DNA from: Nanobdellati archaeon
Lineage (GTDB): Archaea; Nanobdellota; Nanobdellia; UBA10117
DNA length: 52,493 nucleotides
NCBI GenBank assembly: GCA_016204275.1
Contig: JACQKZ010000014.1
Coordinates: forward strand, 1-52,493
Reading direction: 5' to 3'
The notes under the pieces were generated by a model. It searched no databases, was not told the DNA's origin, and was given only the letters and a program-made list of their open reading frames with translations. This document shows, piece after piece, positions 37,694-45,114 of the stretch (the first letter of the stretch is position 1; each line of letters opens with the position of its first letter). A program made the position numbers and the translations under genes.

Positions 37694-37903
37694 ATGGAGA
37701 AAATGAAAACGAAAAAAGCAGTAACACCGAACACAGTTCAGCGAATTGCTTTTCCATCCAGAAAAGCGATCATGCCAGATTGGCTGAAGTGGGTAGTAAT
37801 TTTAATAATATTTCTCATAGTTGCTGCCGCGATACTGTGGCAGGCCTACAATGGCGGTTTAGATATAATTAAAAACCCAGGTGTGTTTAAATTCAAGGTA
37901 TGA
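37694..37903 (+). CDS. micro-pilin
   Basis: SRKA/IMPDWLKWVVILIIFLIVAAAIL. Confidence 0.68.
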   Translation: MEKMKTKKAVTPNTVQRIAFPSRKAIMPDWLKWVVILIIFLIVAAAILWQAYNGGLDIIKNPGVFKFKV

Positions 37904-38064
37904 AAGAACAAAAAAAAGCGAGCATTGATATAGATTTCCTTCTTCCGTTGATACTAGTCATACTTTTTGTTGCCGCAGTTGCGATCTTTCTCGTATTTAA
38001 GTTCAAGCCAGACGTTTCAGCTCATGTTTCGAATTACATAGTTGCGCCGTTGAAAGGCAAGTAG
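37900..38064 (+). CDS. micro-pilin (54 aa)
   Basis: MKEQKKA/SIDIDFLLPLILVILFVAAVAIFLVF; ATGA overlap; read by hand. Confidence 0.7.
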   Translation: MKEQKKASIDIDFLLPLILVILFVAAVAIFLVFKFKPDVSAHVSNYIVAPLKGK

Positions 38065-38080
38065 TTAAAGGAAGTGAATA

Positions 38081-38200
38081 ATGGAGAAATGGGTTGCATG
38101 CTGGCAGAACCAGAATGGAGGTAATATCGGCTGTTGCATTGCGGAGCAATGCGACCAAAGCGCCAGCCGATTTGTCGGCTGATGGAGAAATGGGTTGCAT
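38081..38200. mobile_element. hairpin-rich insert flanked by perfect 19-bp direct repeats
   Basis: ATGGAGAAATGGGTTGCAT at 38081 and 38182; hairpin GTTGCATTGCGGAGCAATGCGAC at 38133. Confidence 0.7.
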
Positions 38201-38325
38201 ATGTTTTGATTTCGGTTGTCGCAGCAGTTATAATAATACTGCTGGTTTTTTCAGGCCTTCTGCCAAAGGCACTTAACGCAGCATCTGGCCAGCTCAAGGC
38301 ACCATCACAGTTTTTGCCAGTCTAA
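38182..38325 (+). CDS. micro-pilin-like peptide (47 aa, no basic leader)
   Basis: MEKWVAYVLISVVAAVIIILLVFSG... Confidence 0.6.
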   Translation: MEKWVAYVLISVVAAVIIILLVFSGLLPKALNAASGQLKAPSQFLPV

Positions 38326-38531
38326 TTCCAGCGCCAGTGTTGTACTATTCCAATTGTTGTTGCAGTTGCCGCAAACATAACCAGCAGAGAACCCATGAAC
38401 CAGAAATTATTCTGCAGCAGGCCATACAGTGTAATCGGAACCGCGGCCAGCCCGAAGGCAAGCGCAGGCAAGTGGTGATGGCTTCTGAACGAGCCGGCTG
38501 TCAATTTAATTTTTCCTAATCGTCGTGCCAT
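38322..38531 (-). CDS. small 2-TM membrane protein
   Basis: Two hydrophobic segments; TTTAAA box upstream. Confidence 0.55.
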   Translation of the reverse strand: MARRLGKIKLTAGSFRSHHHLPALAFGLAAVPITLYGLLQNNFWFMGSLLVMFAATATTIGIVQHWRWN

Positions 38532-38561
38532 GCTTTTGTTTTACTTGCTAACTTTAAAAAT

Positions 38562-38939
38562 CTATGCTCGTGCCAGCCTTGCCAGCAATGTGCGCAGATA
38601 GATTGTTTCTGTGGCTATGTTAAGATGTGCAACGCCAATAGAATGTGCATTGTTTTGTGTTCGGTAGTTTAATATTTGCGCAGCAAATTCTTTTACCCGA
38701 TCCAAAGTAAAACCAATCTGCCTTTTAATTTGCAATTGTACGAGGCTGTCTTTAATTGTATGCAGTTGTATGATATCTGTTTTAATAGTATGCAGTGTGT
38801 TGAAAACATCGGTGTTTGCGAATGAACCTAATCTGTTATGTTTTGCAAACATAATCCATCTTTCTTTTAGCATATCAAATATTTGAGCGTCTAAATCGAA
38901 TTGACTGCCAGTTAGGGCGATATGTAATTTAACTGCCAT
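38562..38939 (-). CDS. hypothetical helical protein
   Basis: 125-aa ORF divergent from uL16, sharing the TTTAAA region. Confidence 0.6.
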   Translation of the reverse strand: MAVKLHIALTGSQFDLDAQIFDMLKERWIMFAKHNRLGSFANTDVFNTLHTIKTDIIQLHTIKDSLVQLQIKRQIGFTLDRVKEFAAQILNYRTQNNAHSIGVAHLNIATETIYLRTLLARLARA

Positions 38940-38995
38940 GGCTATACATATAATCTGCCAGATAGATTTAAAAAACCACCTTTAACCTTAGAAGC

Positions 38996-39111
38996 ATGGC
39001 AAAACTAATAAGTGGACAGATAAGCTTGCGGGAGGATTCAGCGGCAAGTGCGTTCGGCGAAGCCGAATGCGCTCAAAGTGCCGGCTGATTTTGCAGCCGT
39101 GGCAAAGCTAA
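38996..39111. mobile_element. hairpin-rich insert duplicating the uL16 start
   Basis: ATGGCAAAACTAA (38996) and GTGGCAAAGCTAA (39099); hairpins GCGTTCGGCGAAGCCGAATGC and CGGCTG...CAGCCG. Confidence 0.6.
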
Positions 39112-39632
39112 GGGATGCCCGCGCATACAGGAGAACAAAGCGCCCATTCACACGAATCTCAAAATTACGGTCAAAGGGCTACGTGAAAGGTGCGCCGCAC
39201 ATGAAGACGGTTCAGTATGATATGGGAAACTCGAAACTTCCGTACTCGCACGAGATTCAGCTGATATGTACAAAGAGACAGCAGATTCGCGATAATGCAT
39301 TAGAAGCCGCAAGGCAGGCCGCAGTTCGTTATCTTGACCTGAACGCCGCCAAAGAAGGCTATTATGTTAAACTAAGGGCAGTCCCGCACCACGTAATCCG
39401 CATGAAGCCGCTGGCAACAGGCGCGGGTGCAGACAGATTCCAGCAGGGCATGAGCCTTTCATATGGTTCGCCGGAAGGCCACGCAGCCCAAGTCAAGCCT
39501 GGCAAGATTTTATTCAGTTTTTATGTGAATGAGGGCCAGATTGGCATTGCAAGGGAAGCAGCAAGAAAGGCAGGCACAAAGCTTCCGATGCACTGCAAGA
39601 TTGAAGTTTTAAATATCATTCGGGCTGCATAA
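39099..39632 (+). CDS. rpl10e: 50S ribosomal protein uL16 (L10e)
   Basis: KRPFTR, QIRDNALEAAR, PHHVIR, TGAGADRFQQGM, KLPM; in-frame start is GTG. Confidence 0.95.
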   Translation: MAKLRDARAYRRTKRPFTRISKLRSKGYVKGAPHMKTVQYDMGNSKLPYSHEIQLICTKRQQIRDNALEAARQAAVRYLDLNAAKEGYYVKLRAVPHHVIRMKPLATGAGADRFQQGMSLSYGSPEGHAAQVKPGKILFSFYVNEGQIGIAREAARKAGTKLPMHCKIEVLNIIRAA

Positions 39633-39664
39633 TTAATTTTAAAAAAATAAAAACAAAAAGAAAT

Positions 39665-40060
39665 TTACCTTCGGCTTTTTGATATTGCTACTCCGATAAT
39701 TCCGCCTATTAGCCCCAATATCAAGCCAACAATAACCGAAACTATTAGTGCAATAAAACCTATCGCTGCTCCGACTCCGCCGCCTAATGCGCCAAGCAGT
39801 GCACTGCCAACAACACTTACAGCAACAAGTGCTATAATGCCATTTACAAGTCCGCCTAATGCGCCGGTCACAAGACCAGTAACTACGCCTTTGCCCATAT
39901 TTCGGTCTTTAGCATAGTATACAGCAACAGCTCCACCAACAATAGGTGCGATTAACCCAAACAGGCCAGCCTTTACTGCGCCCAGCACCAAGCCGAGCAC
40001 GACATAAACTGCCACGCCTATCCAGATAGCTTTCCAATTCAAATTGGCCATCATTACCAC
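39665..40060 (-). CDS. Gly-rich membrane protein (DUF5518-like)
   Basis: NWKAIWIG, PIVGG, GLIGGIIG helices. Confidence 0.65.
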   Translation of the reverse strand: MVMMANLNWKAIWIGVAVYVVLGLVLGAVKAGLFGLIAPIVGGAVAVYYAKDRNMGKGVVTGLVTGALGGLVNGIIALVAVSVVGSALLGALGGGVGAAIGFIALIVSVIVGLILGLIGGIIGVAISKSRR

Positions 40061-40121
40061 CGAGTATTCCTTTGGCTCGAGCTTTATAAACTTTTATATA
40101 CTATTATATTCTTGCTTTCTT

Positions 40122-41789
40122 ATGGCTGCTAGTGTTAAATGGACTCAGGACATATCAGATACAGATAAAAAATTATTCGGCCGCGAGTCCGTTCTGCTTT
40201 CGAAGCTGAAGAGGGCAGGCCTGCCAGTCCAAAAAGCATTTGTGGTTTCTTCTGCAGCTCAGGCTGACTTTGGCCAGCGCAAAGGCTTCTCGGACGAAAT
40301 AAAAGAAGAAATCGAGGGGGCATACGCATTATTGGGCTTTGAATCTGCCGGCAAAAAAAGTGTTGATGACCTTCTCTCAAAATCGCCAGATGTAGCTGCC
40401 ACGGTCTGGCCAGCCAGCGCCCCGCAGGCAAGAAAGTTAAACATCAGCGGTTTCACAAACATCATGCAGGCAGTCCGCGAAATATGGGCTAAGCACAAGT
40501 CGCCAATAATTATTCAGCGCCAGATAAATCCGGAAAAATCTGGCAGTGCAAGAACTGAAGGCGGAAAACTGAAAATAGACGCGGCTTGGGGTTTTTACGC
40601 GCCAAGCCCAGACAAAAATAGCATGGTTGTTGCAGACGAGTTTGGCAGGCTAATAAGGAAGAACATTCCGGACAGCCTGAAATCCCGGGAGCTAATTTCA
40701 AGCGCAGAGCATGAACTCATAAGCAAGCTTGCCAGCAAATCCGAAAGCGTTGCAGGCCAGCCGATTTCAATCAACTGGTCTTTATCAAATAAAGCGGTTT
40801 ATCTGGACAGCGTAAGCACAAGCGCGGAAACTTACGATTATGCGGCAGGCTTTTCATTCTTGGAAAACGGGCTGGCAAAGCAAAACCTAATAGACAATTT
40901 GCTGAATGTTTTTGATGGCTTAAACATAGGCAAGCCCAAGGCGCCAAAAGGCGCTGAAAATACATCATATCTGGAGATATTTTTTAACACGCTAGCGGAA
41001 CAAGTTCCGCTGCGCACCGCCGAACGAAGTTCGCCGGTTGAAATAGTCGCGCCGATAGCTGATAGGCTGCAGGTGAAAAGCGAAAAGCGAGCAAGTAATA
41101 GCGAATTAGTTTCAATTTATGATGAAGTTTGCGCAACAAATCTTCAGGCGCTGGTAGTTAATACCAAGGCCGCGTGCGTTGAAAATGCAATACTTGACCT
41201 TTCGGAACTTAGCAGCACAGAGAATCTCTCAGAATATGAAAACCTGATTTTTGAGAAGGCCAGCAGCATAAAAAATCCGTGGGTGAGAATATCGAGTCCG
41301 CTTGACAAAGAATCAGCAGAAATATTTTCAGCCGAAGTAAAGGCATTAAAGCGGTTGTCAGAAAACGATCCGGATTTTGGCATACTGGTTTCTGGAATGA
41401 CAACAATCAACGGCTTTAAGCGGGCAAAGGAAATTTTGCGGCAGGCTGGCTTGCAGGCCAGAATCGGGCTGGAGTTCGACAACATGAATTCAATAATGAT
41501 ATCTGATGTTTTGTGCAGGCTTTCTGATTTCGCAACCGCAAATGTGAAAAAACTTCAGCAGCAGATTTCCGGCAGGCCATTGCTTCGCGCGCTGCAGGAC
41601 ATACATAGGGGCGCAAGGGTTGCAGGCATACCGTTTTCGCCTGTGTTGCACTCGCCGGACAAGTCGCTTACCGAATTTTTAATCCGCGATGGCTTCGAAA
41701 CAATTGCGGCGCCGGAAAAAATTTCAGATACGATTAAGCTGCACGTATTAGAAACTGAAAAAAAACTGCTGCTGGTGCGTAGAAATTAA
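40122..41789 (+). CDS. degenerate PEP synthase/PPDK-like protein
   Basis: N-terminal LKRAGLPV-x-x-AFVV, IIQRQI-x-x-x-x-SG, IDAAWG; diverged C-terminal barrel; no recognisable GGxTSH phospho-His domain. Confidence 0.65.
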   Translation: MAASVKWTQDISDTDKKLFGRESVLLSKLKRAGLPVQKAFVVSSAAQADFGQRKGFSDEIKEEIEGAYALLGFESAGKKSVDDLLSKSPDVAATVWPASAPQARKLNISGFTNIMQAVREIWAKHKSPIIIQRQINPEKSGSARTEGGKLKIDAAWGFYAPSPDKNSMVVADEFGRLIRKNIPDSLKSRELISSAEHELISKLASKSESVAGQPISINWSLSNKAVYLDSVSTSAETYDYAAGFSFLENGLAKQNLIDNLLNVFDGLNIGKPKAPKGAENTSYLEIFFNTLAEQVPLRTAERSSPVEIVAPIADRLQVKSEKRASNSELVSIYDEVCATNLQALVVNTKAACVENAILDLSELSSTENLSEYENLIFEKASSIKNPWVRISSPLDKESAEIFSAEVKALKRLSENDPDFGILVSGMTTINGFKRAKEILRQAGLQARIGLEFDNMNSIMISDVLCRLSDFATANVKKLQQQISGRPLLRALQDIHRGARVAGIPFSPVLHSPDKSLTEFLIRDGFETIAAPEKISDTIKLHVLETEKKLLLVRRN

Positions 41790-41864
41790 AAATTTTAATC
41801 AATTGTATACTTCTAACTATAAATGTTTTTAAATTACAAACTTATTTTTTAATAAGGTGCAACT

Positions 41865-42194
41865 TTGGGGAGAGCTTGTGTAATCTGCAAGGAAATTATT
41901 TTCAGGCCAGTGTGCACGCTCTGCATGACTGACAGAGTAGAGGATTGGCTGGCCATGAAAAAATTAAACGTCATCCGCGAATTTAGGCAGCAAATCCGCG
42001 CCCTTTTGGATTCTGTAATATCAAGGGAGAAGATGAACTGCTTTTCCTGCCGTTCCGAAGCAACTGCAATATGCAGTTATTGCTTTGGCAGCCGCGTGGG
42101 TGGCTGGCTCAACAAGCAGGACAAAAATCTCGGGCTGGAATTCGCCTGTTACTTTAGGGAAGAGATTGCAAGCCCGAAAATAGCCTTCGCTTAA
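41865..42194 (+). CDS. small zinc-binding protein
   Basis: Four CxxC pairs; TTG start. Confidence 0.7.
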   Translation: MGRACVICKEIIFRPVCTLCMTDRVEDWLAMKKLNVIREFRQQIRALLDSVISREKMNCFSCRSEATAICSYCFGSRVGGWLNKQDKNLGLEFACYFREEIASPKIAFA

Positions 42195-42238
42195 TGCGTT
42201 TTAGGAAGTTTTTTAAGATTAACTGTTTATTCTAGCAT

Positions 42239-42982
42239 ATGCATCCCAACTTAAAGGAAGCCCTGCGTGATTTGGAAACACCCAAGCAAGAGAAGGAAAT
42301 TAAAGTAACAATAGACAAAGAGACAGAAAAAGCAGTGGAGATATTGCTTGGCGGTTATAATAAATTTGTTGCAGTAAGTTCTGCAACGTGGATAAATACA
42401 TTTGATTTGGAAGGCACATTGTTAGAGTATATGCCGAGAATAAGAAAAATAAATCTAAAACCGAGTGTTATTGAAGAATTTATGAATCGCTTACAGATGC
42501 CAGATAGCAGGGGCGCGGGCGATCGCAAACGTAATATCAATAGGACATACTTTTTAATTTCATCTCTTATTCAGTTTTCTTATGACACGGGCCACAATGG
42601 TTTTCAGATTACTGTCAGCCATTTAGAAAAACCGTACGAACTCGGACACAATTTTATCAGCAACCCAGACAATCCATTACGAATAGAAGTCTTTGGCGAT
42701 ATTGGCAATCTGTGCTTCAGGAATACAAAATGTGTTGATGTAATCATACGCGGGGATGTCGGAAGGCTGTTTGGAGAGGATTCATACGGTTCGTCCTTCA
42801 CAGTCCATGGCACCATGGGAGAGCAATGCGGCATATCCTCTACGTGTTGCACCTTTAAGCATGCATCCAAAAAAACGCTTGATGCAATAGAAGAAGAAGT
42901 AGACAAGTACAGCAGAAACAGATACTACTTGCTAAAAGATGGCAGGGAAATTCCTTACAAGCCAAAGGGGATTAAAAAATGA
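42239..42982 (+). CDS. beta-helix (GXGXG/FwdC-like) repeat protein, paralog 1
   Basis: N-motif LRDLETPKQEKEIKV; LIQFSYDTGHNGF; GDIG/GDVG/GTMG repeats. Confidence 0.8.
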   Translation: MHPNLKEALRDLETPKQEKEIKVTIDKETEKAVEILLGGYNKFVAVSSATWINTFDLEGTLLEYMPRIRKINLKPSVIEEFMNRLQMPDSRGAGDRKRNINRTYFLISSLIQFSYDTGHNGFQITVSHLEKPYELGHNFISNPDNPLRIEVFGDIGNLCFRNTKCVDVIIRGDVGRLFGEDSYGSSFTVHGTMGEQCGISSTCCTFKHASKKTLDAIEEEVDKYSRNRYYLLKDGREIPYKPKGIKK

Positions 42983-43641
42983 GACGAGAAAGCGCAAGGG
43001 CGTTTCTGGGCGATTTAGAACAGATGGACAAAGAGCGGCAGCTAAGGGTCGAAATAGATAAAGAGCTTGAGCAATCAGTAGATGAATTATTTTCCAGTCT
43101 TACTGCGGCCATAAGAAATTACAAAACAAGCGAAAGGATTATTCTGAATTTACCCGGAAAAAGTATGAATGCGCGTGTTGTCGGTGGGGTTATAAGCAGG
43201 CTTAGTTTAGAAGATGATATTATTAATGAAAATATTTCTAAAAACATTATAACTGAACTAATGCAATATGTTTATGGGTTAGGACACAATAATTTTCAGG
43301 TTTTAACCGCGACCACGCTTGAAAATTTTGGGCATAGACTTATTGGTGAGCCTGGCAGGCCGTTAGAACTAAGCATAACTGGCGATCTTGGCAATGATTG
43401 TTTTTATTCTGTAAAATATGTCGCAGTAACAGTGCGCGGAAACGTAGGCGAAAGTTTTGGGGATGGTTCTAAGTGCTCATATTTTGACATTCATGGTTCT
43501 ATAGGAGCGGTAGATGGTTGGGGTATTGAGGGTTGTACCTTCAGGCATAAATCTCAAGCCGTGCTTGACAAAATTAGAAAAGAAACACGCGGTAACAATA
43601 ATAAATATATTTTGAAAAGTGGCGAAGAGGTGTCACTTTGA
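42979..43641 (+). CDS. beta-helix repeat protein, paralog 2
   Basis: LGDLEQMDKERQLRV; LMQYVYGLGHNNF; GDLG/GNVG/GSIG. Confidence 0.8.
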   Translation: MRRESARAFLGDLEQMDKERQLRVEIDKELEQSVDELFSSLTAAIRNYKTSERIILNLPGKSMNARVVGGVISRLSLEDDIINENISKNIITELMQYVYGLGHNNFQVLTATTLENFGHRLIGEPGRPLELSITGDLGNDCFYSVKYVAVTVRGNVGESFGDGSKCSYFDIHGSIGAVDGWGIEGCTFRHKSQAVLDKIRKETRGNNNKYILKSGEEVSL

Positions 43642-44345
43642 TGCAGGCCAGCGCAAGGGCATTGCTGGCAGATCTAGAGATGCCAAAGCCGGAAAATGTA
43701 ATAAAAGTACATACGGATAAAACGCTTGAAAAGCTGTTGCCAAAAGCCTTCAAACTATATGAAAAATATCTTTCAAAGTATGAGTATGACTGGCCAATAG
43801 AACTTGCTGGCGATAAGAAAAAAATCTGGAATTATTGTGCAGGCATTAAATTTACGCCAACGCCGAATTTAATTTTTGAGTTCGCGCTGCGCATAGCAGA
43901 ATACCAAAACAGGCAAGGTTTTGGTTGGGTTACTGGCCAGTATATTTCTGCGCTTATTATTCGATCGCACGCCCATGGCAACAACAATTTTAATCTGGAA
44001 CTCAGACATCTTGATACAAAAATAAATTACTTGTTGGGCTTTACTGGAATTGAGGAAAGGCCGCTCAGGGTTTCTGTTTCAGGAAATGTTGGGAATTTTT
44101 GCGGCTTGGACGCCCAAACTCTTCGGCTCACGCTCCGAGGAAATGCGGCCGGCCAGCTGGCTATGAAAGCAAAAGACTCAAGGTTTAAAATTTTCGGAGA
44201 GACAGATTTAGGGGCTGGCTGGTGTGCCAGCAACAGCGTTTTCAAATGCACTGACAGGGAATCTGCAGAACGGATCAAACAGGTAGTTAGAGAAGGCTGC
44301 AGGGTTTACTGGCTAAATAACAAAAAAAGGGTGTTGATTAAATGA
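43638..44345 (+). CDS. beta-helix repeat protein, paralog 3
   Basis: LADLEMPKPENVIKV; LIIRSHAHGNNNF; GNVG. Confidence 0.8.
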   Translation: MMQASARALLADLEMPKPENVIKVHTDKTLEKLLPKAFKLYEKYLSKYEYDWPIELAGDKKKIWNYCAGIKFTPTPNLIFEFALRIAEYQNRQGFGWVTGQYISALIIRSHAHGNNNFNLELRHLDTKINYLLGFTGIEERPLRVSVSGNVGNFCGLDAQTLRLTLRGNAAGQLAMKAKDSRFKIFGETDLGAGWCASNSVFKCTDRESAERIKQVVREGCRVYWLNNKKRVLIK

Positions 44346-45022
44346 ACAAAGGCCTGCAAAAAGTTTTGGGTGATTTGGAGCTGCCGGACAAAGAGCGGCA
44401 GCTAAGGGTCGAAATAGATAAAAATCTGGAAACGACAGTAAATGCGTTATTGGCTGCGTATCCCGCGCTTCTCAAACCCCAGCAGGCGGGCCGCAGCAAC
44501 ATGATTGATTTGGATTGGAAGAAAATAAATGCGCGCGTTATCGGCGAGTTTGCAAGCAAGTGCATTCTCACGTATGGCCAGGAAGAACATACGTCCAAAA
44601 TACTAACCGCGCTCATACAGTACGCTTATGGAGTAGGCTACAATAATTTTGATATTTTGGCCGAAAAAATACCAGAAGACTTTGGGGCTGGCCTTATTGG
44701 TGAGCCTGGCAGGCTTCTAGAAATAAACCTAACGGGCCAGCTGGGTGCAGAATGTTTTTTAGGCGCTAGCTATGTTGCGGTAACTGTGCTGGGAAATGTG
44801 GGCTACGGGTTTGCGCATGGCTCTAAAAATTCGTTTTTTGACATCAGTGGATTTGTTGGGGAAGACATAGGCATATACTCTGAGGGATGCACTTTTCTAG
44901 TCCAATCAGATGAGGCATATGATAAAGTCAGAAAAAGTACTAAAACACACGAAACATGGAAAAGCCGCGTTTACTGCAGGCCGACTGGTCGGGATAATCG
45001 GGTACACATCCTAACATACTAA
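44342..45022 (+). CDS. beta-helix repeat protein, paralog 4
   Basis: LGDLELPDKERQLRV; LIQYAYGVGYNNF; GQLG/GNVG/GFVG. Confidence 0.8.
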   Translation: MNKGLQKVLGDLELPDKERQLRVEIDKNLETTVNALLAAYPALLKPQQAGRSNMIDLDWKKINARVIGEFASKCILTYGQEEHTSKILTALIQYAYGVGYNNFDILAEKIPEDFGAGLIGEPGRLLEINLTGQLGAECFLGASYVAVTVLGNVGYGFAHGSKNSFFDISGFVGEDIGIYSEGCTFLVQSDEAYDKVRKSTKTHETWKSRVYCRPTGRDNRVHILTY

Positions 45023-45114
45023 CCCCGCGCAGGCCATAAATTTGTAATATTAACAAAATGTATAACAAGCCTTATAAGTTTTTCGTATAGTCCAGAATAT
45101 AATTGAGACATAAT

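Noticed and set aside
39048-39098. N-terminal extension of uL16 in the ORF track
   Set aside because: It lies inside the hairpin insert; homology begins at AKLR
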